DNA of 64,000 nucleotides from positions 1,024,001 to 1,088,000 of the forward strand of contig CAWFFN010000007.1 of the NCBI GenBank assembly GCA_963815115.1, read 5' to 3'. The DNA comes from an uncultured delta proteobacterium (GTDB taxonomy: Bacteria; Desulfobacterota; Binatia; DP-6). Position numbers and translations under genes: made by a program. The notes below the pieces were generated by a model. It saw only the letters and a list, made by a program, of their open reading frames with translations, was not told the DNA's origin and did not search any database. Positions 29,705-38,777 of the stretch are shown here, in pieces; positions within the stretch are counted from its first letter, which is position 1, and every line of letters begins with the position of its first letter.

Positions 29705-30324
29705 GGCGACACGCCCGTCCCGTCTTCGGTCACCGTCCGGTCCCGGGCACCGTGCGCGCAGGACGAGGCGGCGTCGGATGCGCCGCCCGGCAGCGGCCGA
29801 CCGCAGATGCAGACCCAGCCGCGGATGCGCGCGGGATTCCCCACCACCAGCGCGTGTGGCGGGACGTCCGCGGTGACGACCGCGCCCATGCCGACCATCG
29901 CGTATGCCCCGATGGTCAGGCCCGGTCCGATGCGCGCGCCCGCTCCGATGGTCACGCCTTCCATCACGCGGCCGGGCAGCGTGTCCTCGCCGGGAGCGGA
30001 ATCGGCCAGCCCACCGCCGCGCGCGTCGAATGCCCGTGGATACCGGTCGTTGGTGAAGATCACGCCGGCCGCGATCATGACGCGATCGTCGATGGTGATC
30101 CCGGTCGGGATGTAGACCATCGCGTTGATCTTGACGAAGTCCCCGATCCGGACGCCGTAGGCGATGTAGGTCTTCTCGCCGACGATGCAGTCGTGCCCGA
30201 TGGTGGCCGGTCCCCGGACGTGGACGTTGTCCCACACCGCGGTGCGGTCTCCGATGCGGACGCCATCCTCGATCAGTGCGGTCGGGTGGATGTGCGGCGC
30301 GTCGCCGGCGCGCGCGCGGCTCAC
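29701..30324 (-). CDS. Hexapeptide-repeat N-acyltransferase (WbpD-like)
   Basis: IHPTALIEDGV.IG..TAVW, FTNDRYPRA, VGMGAVVTADVP, GNPAR.RGWVC.CG. Confidence 0.9.
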   Translation of the reverse strand: MSRARAGDAPHIHPTALIEDGVRIGDRTAVWDNVHVRGPATIGHDCIVGEKTYIAYGVRIGDFVKINAMVYIPTGITIDDRVMIAAGVIFTNDRYPRAFDARGGGLADSAPGEDTLPGRVMEGVTIGAGARIGPGLTIGAYAMVGMGAVVTADVPPHALVVGNPARIRGWVCICGRPLPGGASDAASSCAHGARDRTVTEDGTGVSP

Positions 30325-31361
30325 GCCTGCGCCCTCAGGCGCGGGCGAAGCTCTTCCGCGATGGGAAGGTCGAGGCTCTCGACCGGCATCCAGCTGCCGG
30401 AGCGCAGCGAGCGGTACGACGCGTCGACCGCCGCGACGGTGCGGAGGCATTCGTCGGCCGTGATCCATGGCGGCCGTGTGCCCGCCACCACGTCGACGAA
30501 CGCGCGCATCATGGCGGCGTGCGACGCGTGCCGGTCGTAGAGACCGGCGAGCAGCGGCCGGGGCTCCTCGCCCGCCACCCGCAGGCGCGACTGGCGCCAG
30601 CCGATGTCGATGCTGCCCTTGGTGCCGTGCACCATGACGTAGGTCTCGCGCTGCGTGGCGAGGCTCCAGCTGAGGTCGATGCGGCCGATCAGACCGGTGC
30701 CGATCTCGACCATGATGGTCGCGGAATCCTCGACCCCGAGCGCCTGCCCCGGCCTCAACTGGGTGGCGTGAACGTTCGTCACCCGGCCGAGAAGAAACGC
30801 GGCGAGGTCGAAGGCGTGGCTACCGTTGTCGATGAGCACGCCGCCGCCGGCGATGCTGCGGAGGGCGTTCCAGCGCCCGGACATGTCCACGCGGCTCGAG
30901 AAGTCGATCTCGAACGCGAGTGGCCGCCCGATGGCACCGACGGCGATCAGCTCGCGCGCCGCGATCACGTCGGGGACGTGGCGGAACTTGGTGGCGATGA
31001 GCAGGCGACGGCCGGTCCGCGCGGCGGCCCGGATCATGCGCATGGCGCCGTCGCTGCGGACGCCGAGCGGCTTCTCGCACAACACGTGCAGGCCGCGATC
31101 CAGGGCGGCGATCGCCAGGGGCGTGTGGTGCACCGGCGGCGCGCAGATGCTGACCGCATCGAGGCCGGGCATTCCGAGCAGCTCGCGGGTAGCGGGCGTC
31201 GCGTACAGCCCCTCCGCCCGCGCCGCCTCCACGACGCCCGGCGACGGGTCGGCGACGGCGACGATCTCCACGTCGGGGAGTGCACGCCAGGCTTCGAGGT
31301 GAACGCGGCCGGCACGGCCGAGTCCGATCACGCCGACCCGCATGCGCCTGCGCTCGGTCAC
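30321..31361 (-). CDS. Gfo/Idh/MocA oxidoreductase
   Basis: VGVIGLGRAG, HVLCEKPL, GGGVLIDNGSH. Confidence 0.92.
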   Translation of the reverse strand: MTERRRMRVGVIGLGRAGRVHLEAWRALPDVEIVAVADPSPGVVEAARAEGLYATPATRELLGMPGLDAVSICAPPVHHTPLAIAALDRGLHVLCEKPLGVRSDGAMRMIRAAARTGRRLLIATKFRHVPDVIAARELIAVGAIGRPLAFEIDFSSRVDMSGRWNALRSIAGGGVLIDNGSHAFDLAAFLLGRVTNVHATQLRPGQALGVEDSATIMVEIGTGLIGRIDLSWSLATQRETYVMVHGTKGSIDIGWRQSRLRVAGEEPRPLLAGLYDRHASHAAMMRAFVDVVAGTRPPWITADECLRTVAAVDASYRSLRSGSWMPVESLDLPIAEELRPRLRAQA

Positions 31362-32179
31362 GACGCCACCTGCGGCGTCCGCGCCCGACCGCGCGCCCAG
31401 CGCGCCGACAGGAGCGCCGCCATCAGGGCCAGGAGCCCGATGTGCGAGAGGACGGCGTCGCCGATCTTCAGCTTCGACTTCCCGAACCGGCGCGTCCCGA
31501 GCTGCATGGGCACCTCGCGCACGCGGTAGCCCTTGAGCATGCCCCGAAGCATGAGCTCCGCGACGGCGGCGAACCCGGCCGCCCGGAAGTGCGTCGCCTC
31601 GAGGACTTCGCGGCGGTACGCCCGGCACAGGCAGGTGAAGGTGTAGACGTCCTGTCCGATGAGCAGCTTGTAGAGTCCCGAGACGGCACGGCTGAGGGCG
31701 ACGCGCACCGTGCCACCCTGCGAAGGGACCGAGTCCGGGTGCCACGGCGAGGCGGTCGCAATGTCGGCGTCCCGCTCGAGCAGGTGAACCAGCTCCGGCA
31801 GTCGCTCCGGCAGGTACGTGCAGTCGCTGTCGATCGTGCACACGATCGGCGCGCGGGCATGGGCGAAGCCGGTGCGCATCGCGGCGCCGAGGCCGAGGTT
31901 GGTTCCGTGCCGCACGACGCGCATCCACGGGCGCACGCGGGCGGCGGCGAGCAGCGCCGTGAAGGTCCGGTCGCGGCTGCCGTCGTCGATGAAGATGAAC
32001 TCCCAGCCCAGCGCCTCCATGCCCTCCAGGCGCTCGAAGAGCGAGGGCAGGCCCTCCGCCTCGTCGTAGCAGGGGATGATGACGCTGACCGGCGGACCGA
32101 GCGGGGCGCTCTCGGGGGTGAGGACGACGGCGTCGGCCGTGCTCTCGACGGGCAGGCGTATCGCTGGCTGTGCACTCAT
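31358..32179 (-). CDS. GT2 glycosyltransferase (polyprenyl-phosphate sugar synthase-like)
   Basis: VSVIIPCYDE, IDDGSRD, NLGLGAA, TIDSDCTY, RRFGKSK. Confidence 0.9.
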   Translation of the reverse strand: MSAQPAIRLPVESTADAVVLTPESAPLGPPVSVIIPCYDEAEGLPSLFERLEGMEALGWEFIFIDDGSRDRTFTALLAAARVRPWMRVVRHGTNLGLGAAMRTGFAHARAPIVCTIDSDCTYLPERLPELVHLLERDADIATASPWHPDSVPSQGGTVRVALSRAVSGLYKLLIGQDVYTFTCLCRAYRREVLEATHFRAAGFAAVAELMLRGMLKGYRVREVPMQLGTRRFGKSKLKIGDAVLSHIGLLALMAALLSARWARGRARTPQVAS

Positions 32180-32211
32180 GGGAGCGATCTCTCGGGACCC
32201 GCGGCTCCGTG

Positions 32212-33612
32212 TCAGTAGGCACCGCGGCCGGTGAGCACCGCGGGAATGGTCTTGACCAGGATCTTGAAGTCGAGGCCGAGCGACCAGTTGTCGATGTACT
32301 CCATGTCGGTCTTGATCCACTCGTCGAAGTCCGGGACGCGGCAGTGCACCTGCCAGAGGCAGGTGATGCCGGGCTTCACGCTGAAGCGGCGCCTGTGCGC
32401 GCGGCTGTCGATCTTGAGCACGTCGCGGACGGGGAGCGGCCGAGGGCCGACGAGGCTCATGTCGCCGCGCAGCACGTTGAGGAACTGCGGAAGCTCGTCG
32501 AGGCTCAGCTGGCGGATGAAGCGACCGACGCGCGTGATGCGCGGATCCTTGCGGATCTTGAAGACGGGCCCGTCGGCCTCGTTCAGCCGTTCGAGGGCCG
32601 CCTGCTTCTGCTCGGCGTCGGGAACCATCGTGCGGAACTTGTAGAAGCGGAACCGTCGCCCCCCGAGTCCGACCCGCTCCTCGGCGAAGAGCACCGGGCC
32701 GGTCGAGTCGAGCTTGATGGCCAGGGCGATCAGCAGGCACACCGGCGCCGACAGGATCAGCGCGAGGCTCGACACGGTGACGTCGATGAGACGCTTGACC
32801 GCCAGCAGCATCGAGTCGGGTGGCCCGCTGAAGATGGAGATCACCGGCCGGCCGTCGATCTCGTCGAGCTGGGCTCGCGCCTGGACCAGATCGACCAGGC
32901 TCGAGAGCACGCGGATGGTGACGCCCTGCTCCTCGCACAGGCTGACCACGTCGCGAATCAGGGCCTGGTGAGCGTCGAGCGGCAGGGTGATGAAGACCTC
33001 GTCGATCGGGCGCGTCTCCAGCAGACTCGTCACCTGCTCCAGGGCGGCCCCCTCGTCGTGCGCGTGCACGTCGACGACGGACTCGATCGAGTACCCGAGG
33101 TCGCCGCGGCGGGCGATACGGGACGCGAGGTCGAAGCCGCCCTCGTCGCGTCCCACCAGCACCACGTTGCGGATGTTGTGGCCGTGACGGCGGACGGCGC
33201 GAGCGAGGATGCGGAAGGCGCGCCGCTCGAGGGCGAGCGCGATGAAGGTCATGCAGGCGAAGGCCGGGCCGAACGACGGCGTCGCGTAGTCGAAGTCCAT
33301 CAGGCGACCGGCCGCATACAGGGGTATCGCCGAGGCGACCGCCACGCCGGCCAGATCGCGCCACTCACGCGCGACCGAGGTGAGGCGGTACGAGCGGTAC
33401 AGCCCCAGGGTCCGCATCATCAGGTGGCAGTAGCCGAGGAAGGCGACGAGGAAGAGGACGTTCTGCACCTGGATGCGCATCTCGAGAAGGCTCACCCAGG
33501 GCTGCTCCTGATGGAGCTGGCTCACCACGGCCAACACGAAGGTGGCGGTGATGACCGCGAGGTCCGCGAGCTTCAGGAAAGTGAGGAGGGCGTAGCGGTA
33601 GGGATTCGTCAT
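32212..33612 (-). CDS. Priming undecaprenyl-phosphate sugar phosphotransferase (WcaJ/CpsE family)
   Basis: KRLIDV, FYKFRTM, DPRITRVGRFIR, SLDELPQFLNVLRGDMSLVGPRP, KPGITCLWQV, YIDNWS. Confidence 0.96.
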   Translation of the reverse strand: MTNPYRYALLTFLKLADLAVITATFVLAVVSQLHQEQPWVSLLEMRIQVQNVLFLVAFLGYCHLMMRTLGLYRSYRLTSVAREWRDLAGVAVASAIPLYAAGRLMDFDYATPSFGPAFACMTFIALALERRAFRILARAVRRHGHNIRNVVLVGRDEGGFDLASRIARRGDLGYSIESVVDVHAHDEGAALEQVTSLLETRPIDEVFITLPLDAHQALIRDVVSLCEEQGVTIRVLSSLVDLVQARAQLDEIDGRPVISIFSGPPDSMLLAVKRLIDVTVSSLALILSAPVCLLIALAIKLDSTGPVLFAEERVGLGGRRFRFYKFRTMVPDAEQKQAALERLNEADGPVFKIRKDPRITRVGRFIRQLSLDELPQFLNVLRGDMSLVGPRPLPVRDVLKIDSRAHRRRFSVKPGITCLWQVHCRVPDFDEWIKTDMEYIDNWSLGLDFKILVKTIPAVLTGRGAY

Positions 33613-33678
33613 GATGTGTCTGTCGTGCTCAGTCGTTCCGTTGCAGTGTGAGACGTTTGCTGGAGCAGAAGCGGGGCG

Positions 33679-34209
33679 TCAGGCGAGGCGGAGCCACTCT
33701 TCGGGGAGCTCGACCCGGGTCGGGCGGTGGAGGAGGTCGAGCAGGACGAGCACGCGCTGGCGCGCCGTCAGGCGCCGCTCCACGACCGCGGCGAGGCCCC
33801 GGAGCGGCCCGCTGGTGATGGTGACCGGGCGGCCGGCGACGACGGGGTTGACCTCGATGACTCCGTCGGCCCCTGCGCGGGCGCGCAGGTACGCGATCAC
33901 CTCGGAAGCCACCCGGGCCGGCGTGTCTCCGAACGCGACGAGGCGCAGCGCGCCGCTGCAGCTCGCCAGTCCGCTCTGGTGAACCGGGTCGGGTTGGCAG
34001 AAGACATAGCCCGGAAACATCGGACCGACCTCTCCGCCAACCGCCGGGCGCGGCCACTGCCGCAGGAGCGGCAGATAGGTCGCGACCCCCTCGCGCACCA
34101 GGACCGCCTGGACCGCGCGCTCCTTGTGGCGCTTGGTCTGCAGCACGAGCCACCCGCCATCGGCGGATAAAGCTCCGCCGTACGGGCGCGAATCATGTCG
34201 AGCCGACAT
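33679..34209 (-). CDS. NusG/RfaH-family operon-specific transcription antiterminator
   Basis: WLVLQTKRHKE, YLP, PMFPGYVF, LVAFG; KOW ITSGPLRGL..RVLVLLDLL. Confidence 0.9.
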   Translation of the reverse strand: MSARHDSRPYGGALSADGGWLVLQTKRHKERAVQAVLVREGVATYLPLLRQWPRPAVGGEVGPMFPGYVFCQPDPVHQSGLASCSGALRLVAFGDTPARVASEVIAYLRARAGADGVIEVNPVVAGRPVTITSGPLRGLAAVVERRLTARQRVLVLLDLLHRPTRVELPEEWLRLA

Positions 34210-34282
34210 CTTCCTCCCGGCAAGATCACCCTACCCCTCCCAGGGGTGCGCTCTCGCCGCCTCTATATGGCTTGCTGTGTGG

Positions 34283-35059
34283 TTACTCCGCTGCCAGGTA
34301 GCGCCGGAGAAAGACCGGAACCGGATTGCGTACCTGGTTCAAAACCACCCCGAGCACGGTGCCGCCGGCCCGTTCGAGCTGCTGCCGGGCCCGTGCCAGG
34401 GCATACCCCCGGGTAATGCCGGCCCTGGCCACGAGAACGACGCCGTCGCAGAAGACGCTCGCGAGGGTGCCGTCGGCATGGCGCAGGATCGGCGGTGCAT
34501 CCAGAAACGTATAATCGTAGGTCGCTCGTTGCGTGTCAAGCCAAAACGCGAGTTCTTGCGATCGGAGAAAGGTCTCCTTGTCCGGAACCGCTCCCGGGCT
34601 CGGGACGACCGTGAGCCGTCCCCGTCCCCAGGGCGTCGACGGCGGTACGTCCTTCGTGCGCACCAGCTCGGCGAGATCGGCCCCGCGGGCCGCGAGGCTC
34701 GTCGTGAGGCCCGCCGTGCGCAGGTCGGCATCGACGAGCAGCACGTTCAGCCCCCCGCTGGCGAGGCTCTCGGCAAACTCCCGCACCACCTTGGTGCAGC
34801 CCTCGCTGCCGTCGCAACCCGCGAACACCAGCGATTTGAGCGGCTTGCCGCCGGAGGCGACCATCAACCGCTCACGCAGCATGGCATATGCGATGGGCAC
34901 CGCTCCCGGCGTCAGTCGCTGTACGGGTGCGACAGTTCGTCGCGGCACCGCCACGATCGTCGGATCCGCGACCGGTGCCGGAGCCGGCACGATGATCGGT
35001 GCCGTTGCGGCGGGTGGTGTGGATACCCGCCGGTTCAGAGATTCGAAATAGGCGCTCAT
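34283..35059 (-). CDS. CpsD/CapB-type BY-kinase domain, stand-alone, with degenerate Walker A
   Basis: GSEGCT in place of GEGK[ST]; LLVDADLR, FLDAPP, DGVVLV, GVVLNQ. Confidence 0.85.
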   Translation of the reverse strand: MSAYFESLNRRVSTPPAATAPIIVPAPAPVADPTIVAVPRRTVAPVQRLTPGAVPIAYAMLRERLMVASGGKPLKSLVFAGCDGSEGCTKVVREFAESLASGGLNVLLVDADLRTAGLTTSLAARGADLAELVRTKDVPPSTPWGRGRLTVVPSPGAVPDKETFLRSQELAFWLDTQRATYDYTFLDAPPILRHADGTLASVFCDGVVLVARAGITRGYALARARQQLERAGGTVLGVVLNQVRNPVPVFLRRYLAAE

Positions 35060-36468
35060 TCGTGCACTTGTCCGCCGTTCTCGGATTGCCCGGACGGACC
35101 AGAAGGGAACCGCACGACCGCGCCTGCCATCACCACATTGACGTCGTGGAGCTCGGGATTGAGTCGGCGTACCTCGCCGAGGAAGGCCCGCCTGTCGCCG
35201 AGCTCACCAAAGAGCTGCCGCGCGACGCTCAAGATGCTTGCCCCGGGCGGGATGCTCACCGTTCGATGCCCGGCGTCGTCGGCATCCCCGCGAGCGCCCG
35301 TCGAGGGCTCGCTCGCGTCGGGGCCGGCGGGCGCCGTGGCGGCCACGACTGCGACCGGCGCCGCTGGCGCCGCGGCCGCAACGCGCGGCGGATCGGATGG
35401 GGCGACCGCCGGCGGGGACGGCGGAGTCACGGGCTCGGGCGACGCTGCCGGTGCAGGTGGGTCCGCGGGCACGGGCGGTGGCGTCGCCGCGGCGACCTGC
35501 GTCGCACCGCCGGCCCGATCGCCCGATGCCGGCGAGCCGAAGAGCAGCGCGCTCGACACGAGCGCCACCCCGGCCGCGGCGCCGAGACCGATCAGGCGCC
35601 GCCAGGACCATCCCGTCCAGCGCGGCAGGCGGCGAAGCGCGGCTTGACCGAGCAGGCCCGGCCGGCGCTCGTCCATCTCCGCGATCGCTTCCTGGGCAAC
35701 GCGTAGCGACACCGTCGGCTCGCTGCGCCCGAAGCCGAAGAGCAGGGCGTTGTGACACAGGATGTTCGCCCGGCGCGGGATGCCGTGGGCATGCCGCACG
35801 ATGGCGCGCAGGGCTGCCCGCTCGAAGAGGCGCTCGTCGCCGCCCACCTGCTTCAGGCGGTGGAGGATGTAGGCCTCCATCTCGCCCTCGTCGAGGGGGT
35901 TGATGATGGCGCGGACGCTGACTCGCTGCTGCAGCTGTCGGAGGTTCTGCTGCCGCAGGCGTTGCTGCAGCTCCGGCTGACCCACGAGCACGATCTGGAG
36001 CAGCTTGTGCGTATAGGTCTCGAAGTTCGACAGCAGGCGCAGCTCTTCGAAGGTGGCGTCGGTGAGGCTCTGCGCCTCGTCGATGACCAGCGCCGTTCGT
36101 CCGCCCGCGGCGTCGCGCTGCAGGAGCAGGCGCTGCAGTATCTCGAGCAGCACCAGGCGCGAGGCGCCGGGGGGCGGCTGCTCGCCGAGGTCCTTCAGGG
36201 CGGCGGCGAGGAGGTCGTCGAAGGTGTGAGCCGCATAGGGAACGTATGCCGCCGCGACCTCCGGTCCGAGCTGGCCGAGCACGCTGTAGAGGATGGTGGT
36301 CTTGCCGGTGCCGACCTCGCCGATGAGCGTGATGAAGCCGCGGCCGTTCAGCAGGCCGTACTGCACCGCCGCCATGGCCTCCCGATGCTTGGCACTGAGG
36401 AAGAGGAAGGCGGGATCCGGGGTGAGGCTGAACGGCTCACCCGAGAGCCTGAAGTGTTCGAAGTACAT
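35056..36468 (-). CDS. ExeA/GspA-family AAA ATPase with TM, Pro/Ala linker and LysM-like C-terminus
   Basis: YFEHFRL..EPFSLTPDP, GEVGTGKTT, IDEAQ, LRLLSN, LVGQPEL, GIPRRANILC; C-term IPPGASILSVAR..RRLNPELHDVNVVMAG. Confidence 0.9.
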   Translation of the reverse strand: MYFEHFRLSGEPFSLTPDPAFLFLSAKHREAMAAVQYGLLNGRGFITLIGEVGTGKTTILYSVLGQLGPEVAAAYVPYAAHTFDDLLAAALKDLGEQPPPGASRLVLLEILQRLLLQRDAAGGRTALVIDEAQSLTDATFEELRLLSNFETYTHKLLQIVLVGQPELQQRLRQQNLRQLQQRVSVRAIINPLDEGEMEAYILHRLKQVGGDERLFERAALRAIVRHAHGIPRRANILCHNALLFGFGRSEPTVSLRVAQEAIAEMDERRPGLLGQAALRRLPRWTGWSWRRLIGLGAAAGVALVSSALLFGSPASGDRAGGATQVAAATPPPVPADPPAPAASPEPVTPPSPPAVAPSDPPRVAAAAPAAPVAVVAATAPAGPDASEPSTGARGDADDAGHRTVSIPPGASILSVARQLFGELGDRRAFLGEVRRLNPELHDVNVVMAGAVVRFPSGPSGQSENGGQVHE

Positions 36469-36479
36469 CGGCGGGGTTT

Positions 36480-37961
36480 TCAGGAGCGATCCGGCAGAGC
36501 GACCAGCGTGTCGAGGTGCGCGTAGCGCCGCACGTCGGCGCTGCTCTTCACGGTGCTGTCGAAGTGATCCCGGGCGAGCCCGAGGCCGATGCTCAGGAGC
36601 AGACCTCCGAGGAGAGCGAAGACGAGGATGCGGCCCTTCTTGGGAGCCACGGCCTCGAGCGGAAGCGGCGCCTCCTCGATGATGCGCAGGCGCAGCAGCT
36701 TGCTCTGCTCGACCGCGTTCGACAGGCGCGACTGCTCCGCCGAGCGCACGTAGGACAGGTAGGTCTCCTCGTCCATCTTCACCTGGCGCTCGAGCCTGGC
36801 CAGATCGAAGCTCCGGCTGTCGAGGAACTCCGCCTTCTTCTTGTACTCGTCGGCCTCCTTGCCGAGCGCTGCCTCGCGTCCCTTCAGGGCGGCCAGGTTG
36901 GCGCGTCCGCCGACCAGATCGGTGCCGGCGTTGGTCACCGCACCATCACCCGCCGGTCCGGCCGTGAACGAGTCGTAGCCCGAGATGGCCTTGCGCAGCC
37001 GATCGATCTGGCTCTCGATCGCCTTCACGCGCTCGCTGTCCGGCTTGTACTTGCCGATGAGGTCGGCCCGCTTCGCCTCGAGCTCGATGAGCTCCGGCGT
37101 TGCGACACGGCCGCCCTTGCCGGCGAGCGTCTGCTCGAGAAACGCCATGCGCTTCTCCTGCTCGACGCGCGCGATCCGTGCCCGCGACAGCTCGGCGTTG
37201 AACTCGTTCAGTCGCTCGTGGACCTCGGCCTGCTGCCCGGCGAGGGTGCCCGCTCGCTCGCGTGCCGATCGCAGCTCGGACTCCGAGCCCGCCAGCTTCC
37301 TGCGGAGCAGCTCGCTCTGCTCGTTGAAGAAGTCCTGGGCCTCCGTGATCTGCTGCAGCTTCGCGTGGTGCTCCACGTAGGCCCGCATCAGGCGGTTGAC
37401 GAACTCCTGGGCCCAGGCCGGGTCGGAGCTCATGTACCCCACGTCGATGATGTTCGAGGGATGGGCGTTCGACGTCTCGAGGCGACCGAGGACGTCCCGC
37501 GTCTGCCAGTAGAGAGGACTGTCCGGCTTCAGGTTGTCGATGTTGTGGAGGCGCTTGTAGGCCGTGCGAATGAACGAGGCTGGCGCGTGCAGCACCCGGG
37601 CGACCAACGAGTCGGACTTTGCCGGCTCGTCGTCGTCCTCCTTGGGCGGCTTCATGTCGGCGAGCACGCTGTCGATCACCTCGCGGCTGCGGAGAATCTG
37701 GAGCTGCGAGTTGATCTCGCCGTCCGAGACCTCGTCCGTGCGTACGAGCGACGGTGCGTGCTCGCCTCCCGACACCTCGGCCCGGTCGGTGGTGAGGAGG
37801 ATCTTGCCCGCCGTGCGATAGACCGGCGGAAGCACGAAGATTCCGAAGACGGCCGTCACCACGATGCCGAGGTAGACTCCGGTGATCAGCTTCCAGCGGC
37901 GGAAGACGCCCTGGACGGCCTCCTGGACGAGCGTGAAGACTGCTTGTTCTTGCGGTGACAT
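36480..37961 (-). CDS. GumC/Wzz-type polysaccharide co-polymerase (Wzc N-terminal part)
   Basis: Two TMs flanking coiled coil; FRRWKLI, PPVYRT, QILRSR, APKK..ILVFALLGG, DSTVKS. Confidence 0.9.
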   Translation of the reverse strand: MSPQEQAVFTLVQEAVQGVFRRWKLITGVYLGIVVTAVFGIFVLPPVYRTAGKILLTTDRAEVSGGEHAPSLVRTDEVSDGEINSQLQILRSREVIDSVLADMKPPKEDDDEPAKSDSLVARVLHAPASFIRTAYKRLHNIDNLKPDSPLYWQTRDVLGRLETSNAHPSNIIDVGYMSSDPAWAQEFVNRLMRAYVEHHAKLQQITEAQDFFNEQSELLRRKLAGSESELRSARERAGTLAGQQAEVHERLNEFNAELSRARIARVEQEKRMAFLEQTLAGKGGRVATPELIELEAKRADLIGKYKPDSERVKAIESQIDRLRKAISGYDSFTAGPAGDGAVTNAGTDLVGGRANLAALKGREAALGKEADEYKKKAEFLDSRSFDLARLERQVKMDEETYLSYVRSAEQSRLSNAVEQSKLLRLRIIEEAPLPLEAVAPKKGRILVFALLGGLLLSIGLGLARDHFDSTVKSSADVRRYAHLDTLVALPDRS

Positions 37962-37971
37962 GCGCGCTCCC

Positions 37972-38733
37972 TCAGAAGATCGGCAAGCCGATCGGAATCT
38001 GCGGCAACATCTTGGTGATGTATTGGTTGACGATCTGGTTCATGTTCGCGATCCGGCTCTTCGGTACGTAGACGAGGTCATTCGGCTGCAACGCGACGTC
38101 CTGCGTGTAGTCCGAGCCGCTGAGCGCCTGTTTCAAGAACAGCCGGTATCCTTCGTAGTGGTCCCCGGCGCGCCGCACGAGCACGACGTTCTCCAGGCTG
38201 GCCTCGACGTTGAATCCGCCGGCGCTCTGGATGGCCTGCAACGCCGTCAGGCCGTCGGTGAAGCTGAGCGTGGTCGGCTTGTTGACCTCGCCGCCGACGA
38301 AGACCTGGCCGCCGAACGAGCGGACGATGACGGCGATGCGCGGCTCCTCCAGCTCCTTCGAATACGCCTGGACCAGACGGTCCGCGAGCTCGTCGGTGCC
38401 CACCCCCGCGGCCTCGATGTCGCCGATGAGGTCGAGAGATATCTTGCCGTCGGCACGGACGGGTTCGTCCTCGATGTTGAGCTCCGGCGTCTTGTAGAAA
38501 CGGACGCTGAGCTTGTCGCCGACCCGGACGTGGTAGGGCTGGTTCTCGACGCCGAGCGCGGTCATGTTCGCGCTCGCGCGTCCCGACGGCGAGGGGAATG
38601 CACACCCCGCCACCAGGGCTGCCGCGACGGCGAGCAACGCGGTGCCTGCCTGGACCACGGGCCGTCGGCCGAGCGCTCCATAGGAAGCGCGAAACTCAGA
38701 CTTTCGGGCGGGCTTCTGGTTCGAGCTTAGCAT
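37972..38733 (-). CDS. wza: Wza/OPX polysaccharide export lipoprotein
   Basis: Lipobox LVAGC; YHVRVGDKLSVRF, VRADGKISLDLIGDIEAAG, VFVGGEV, LQPNDLVYVP. Confidence 0.92.
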   Translation of the reverse strand: MLSSNQKPARKSEFRASYGALGRRPVVQAGTALLAVAAALVAGCAFPSPSGRASANMTALGVENQPYHVRVGDKLSVRFYKTPELNIEDEPVRADGKISLDLIGDIEAAGVGTDELADRLVQAYSKELEEPRIAVIVRSFGGQVFVGGEVNKPTTLSFTDGLTALQAIQSAGGFNVEASLENVVLVRRAGDHYEGYRLFLKQALSGSDYTQDVALQPNDLVYVPKSRIANMNQIVNQYITKMLPQIPIGLPIF

Positions 38734-38760
38734 CGCGGGTCCCTTGCACCTTCCTGTTGA

Positions 38761-38777
38761 AGCAACGCCTGTGCCGG
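38761..38777 (-). promoter_or_regulatory. Putative sigma54 (-24/-12) promoter of the EPS operon
   Basis: Minus strand CCGGCACAGGCGTTGCT = GG-N10-GC close to consensus TGGCAC-N5-TTGCW, about 30 nt upstream of the wza ATG. Confidence 0.7.

Noticed and set aside
32212-38733. Calling the locus a PEP-CTERM/exosortase system
   Set aside because: No exosortase, PrsK/PrsR or PEP-CTERM tail is visible in this window, although the locus continues beyond the left edge
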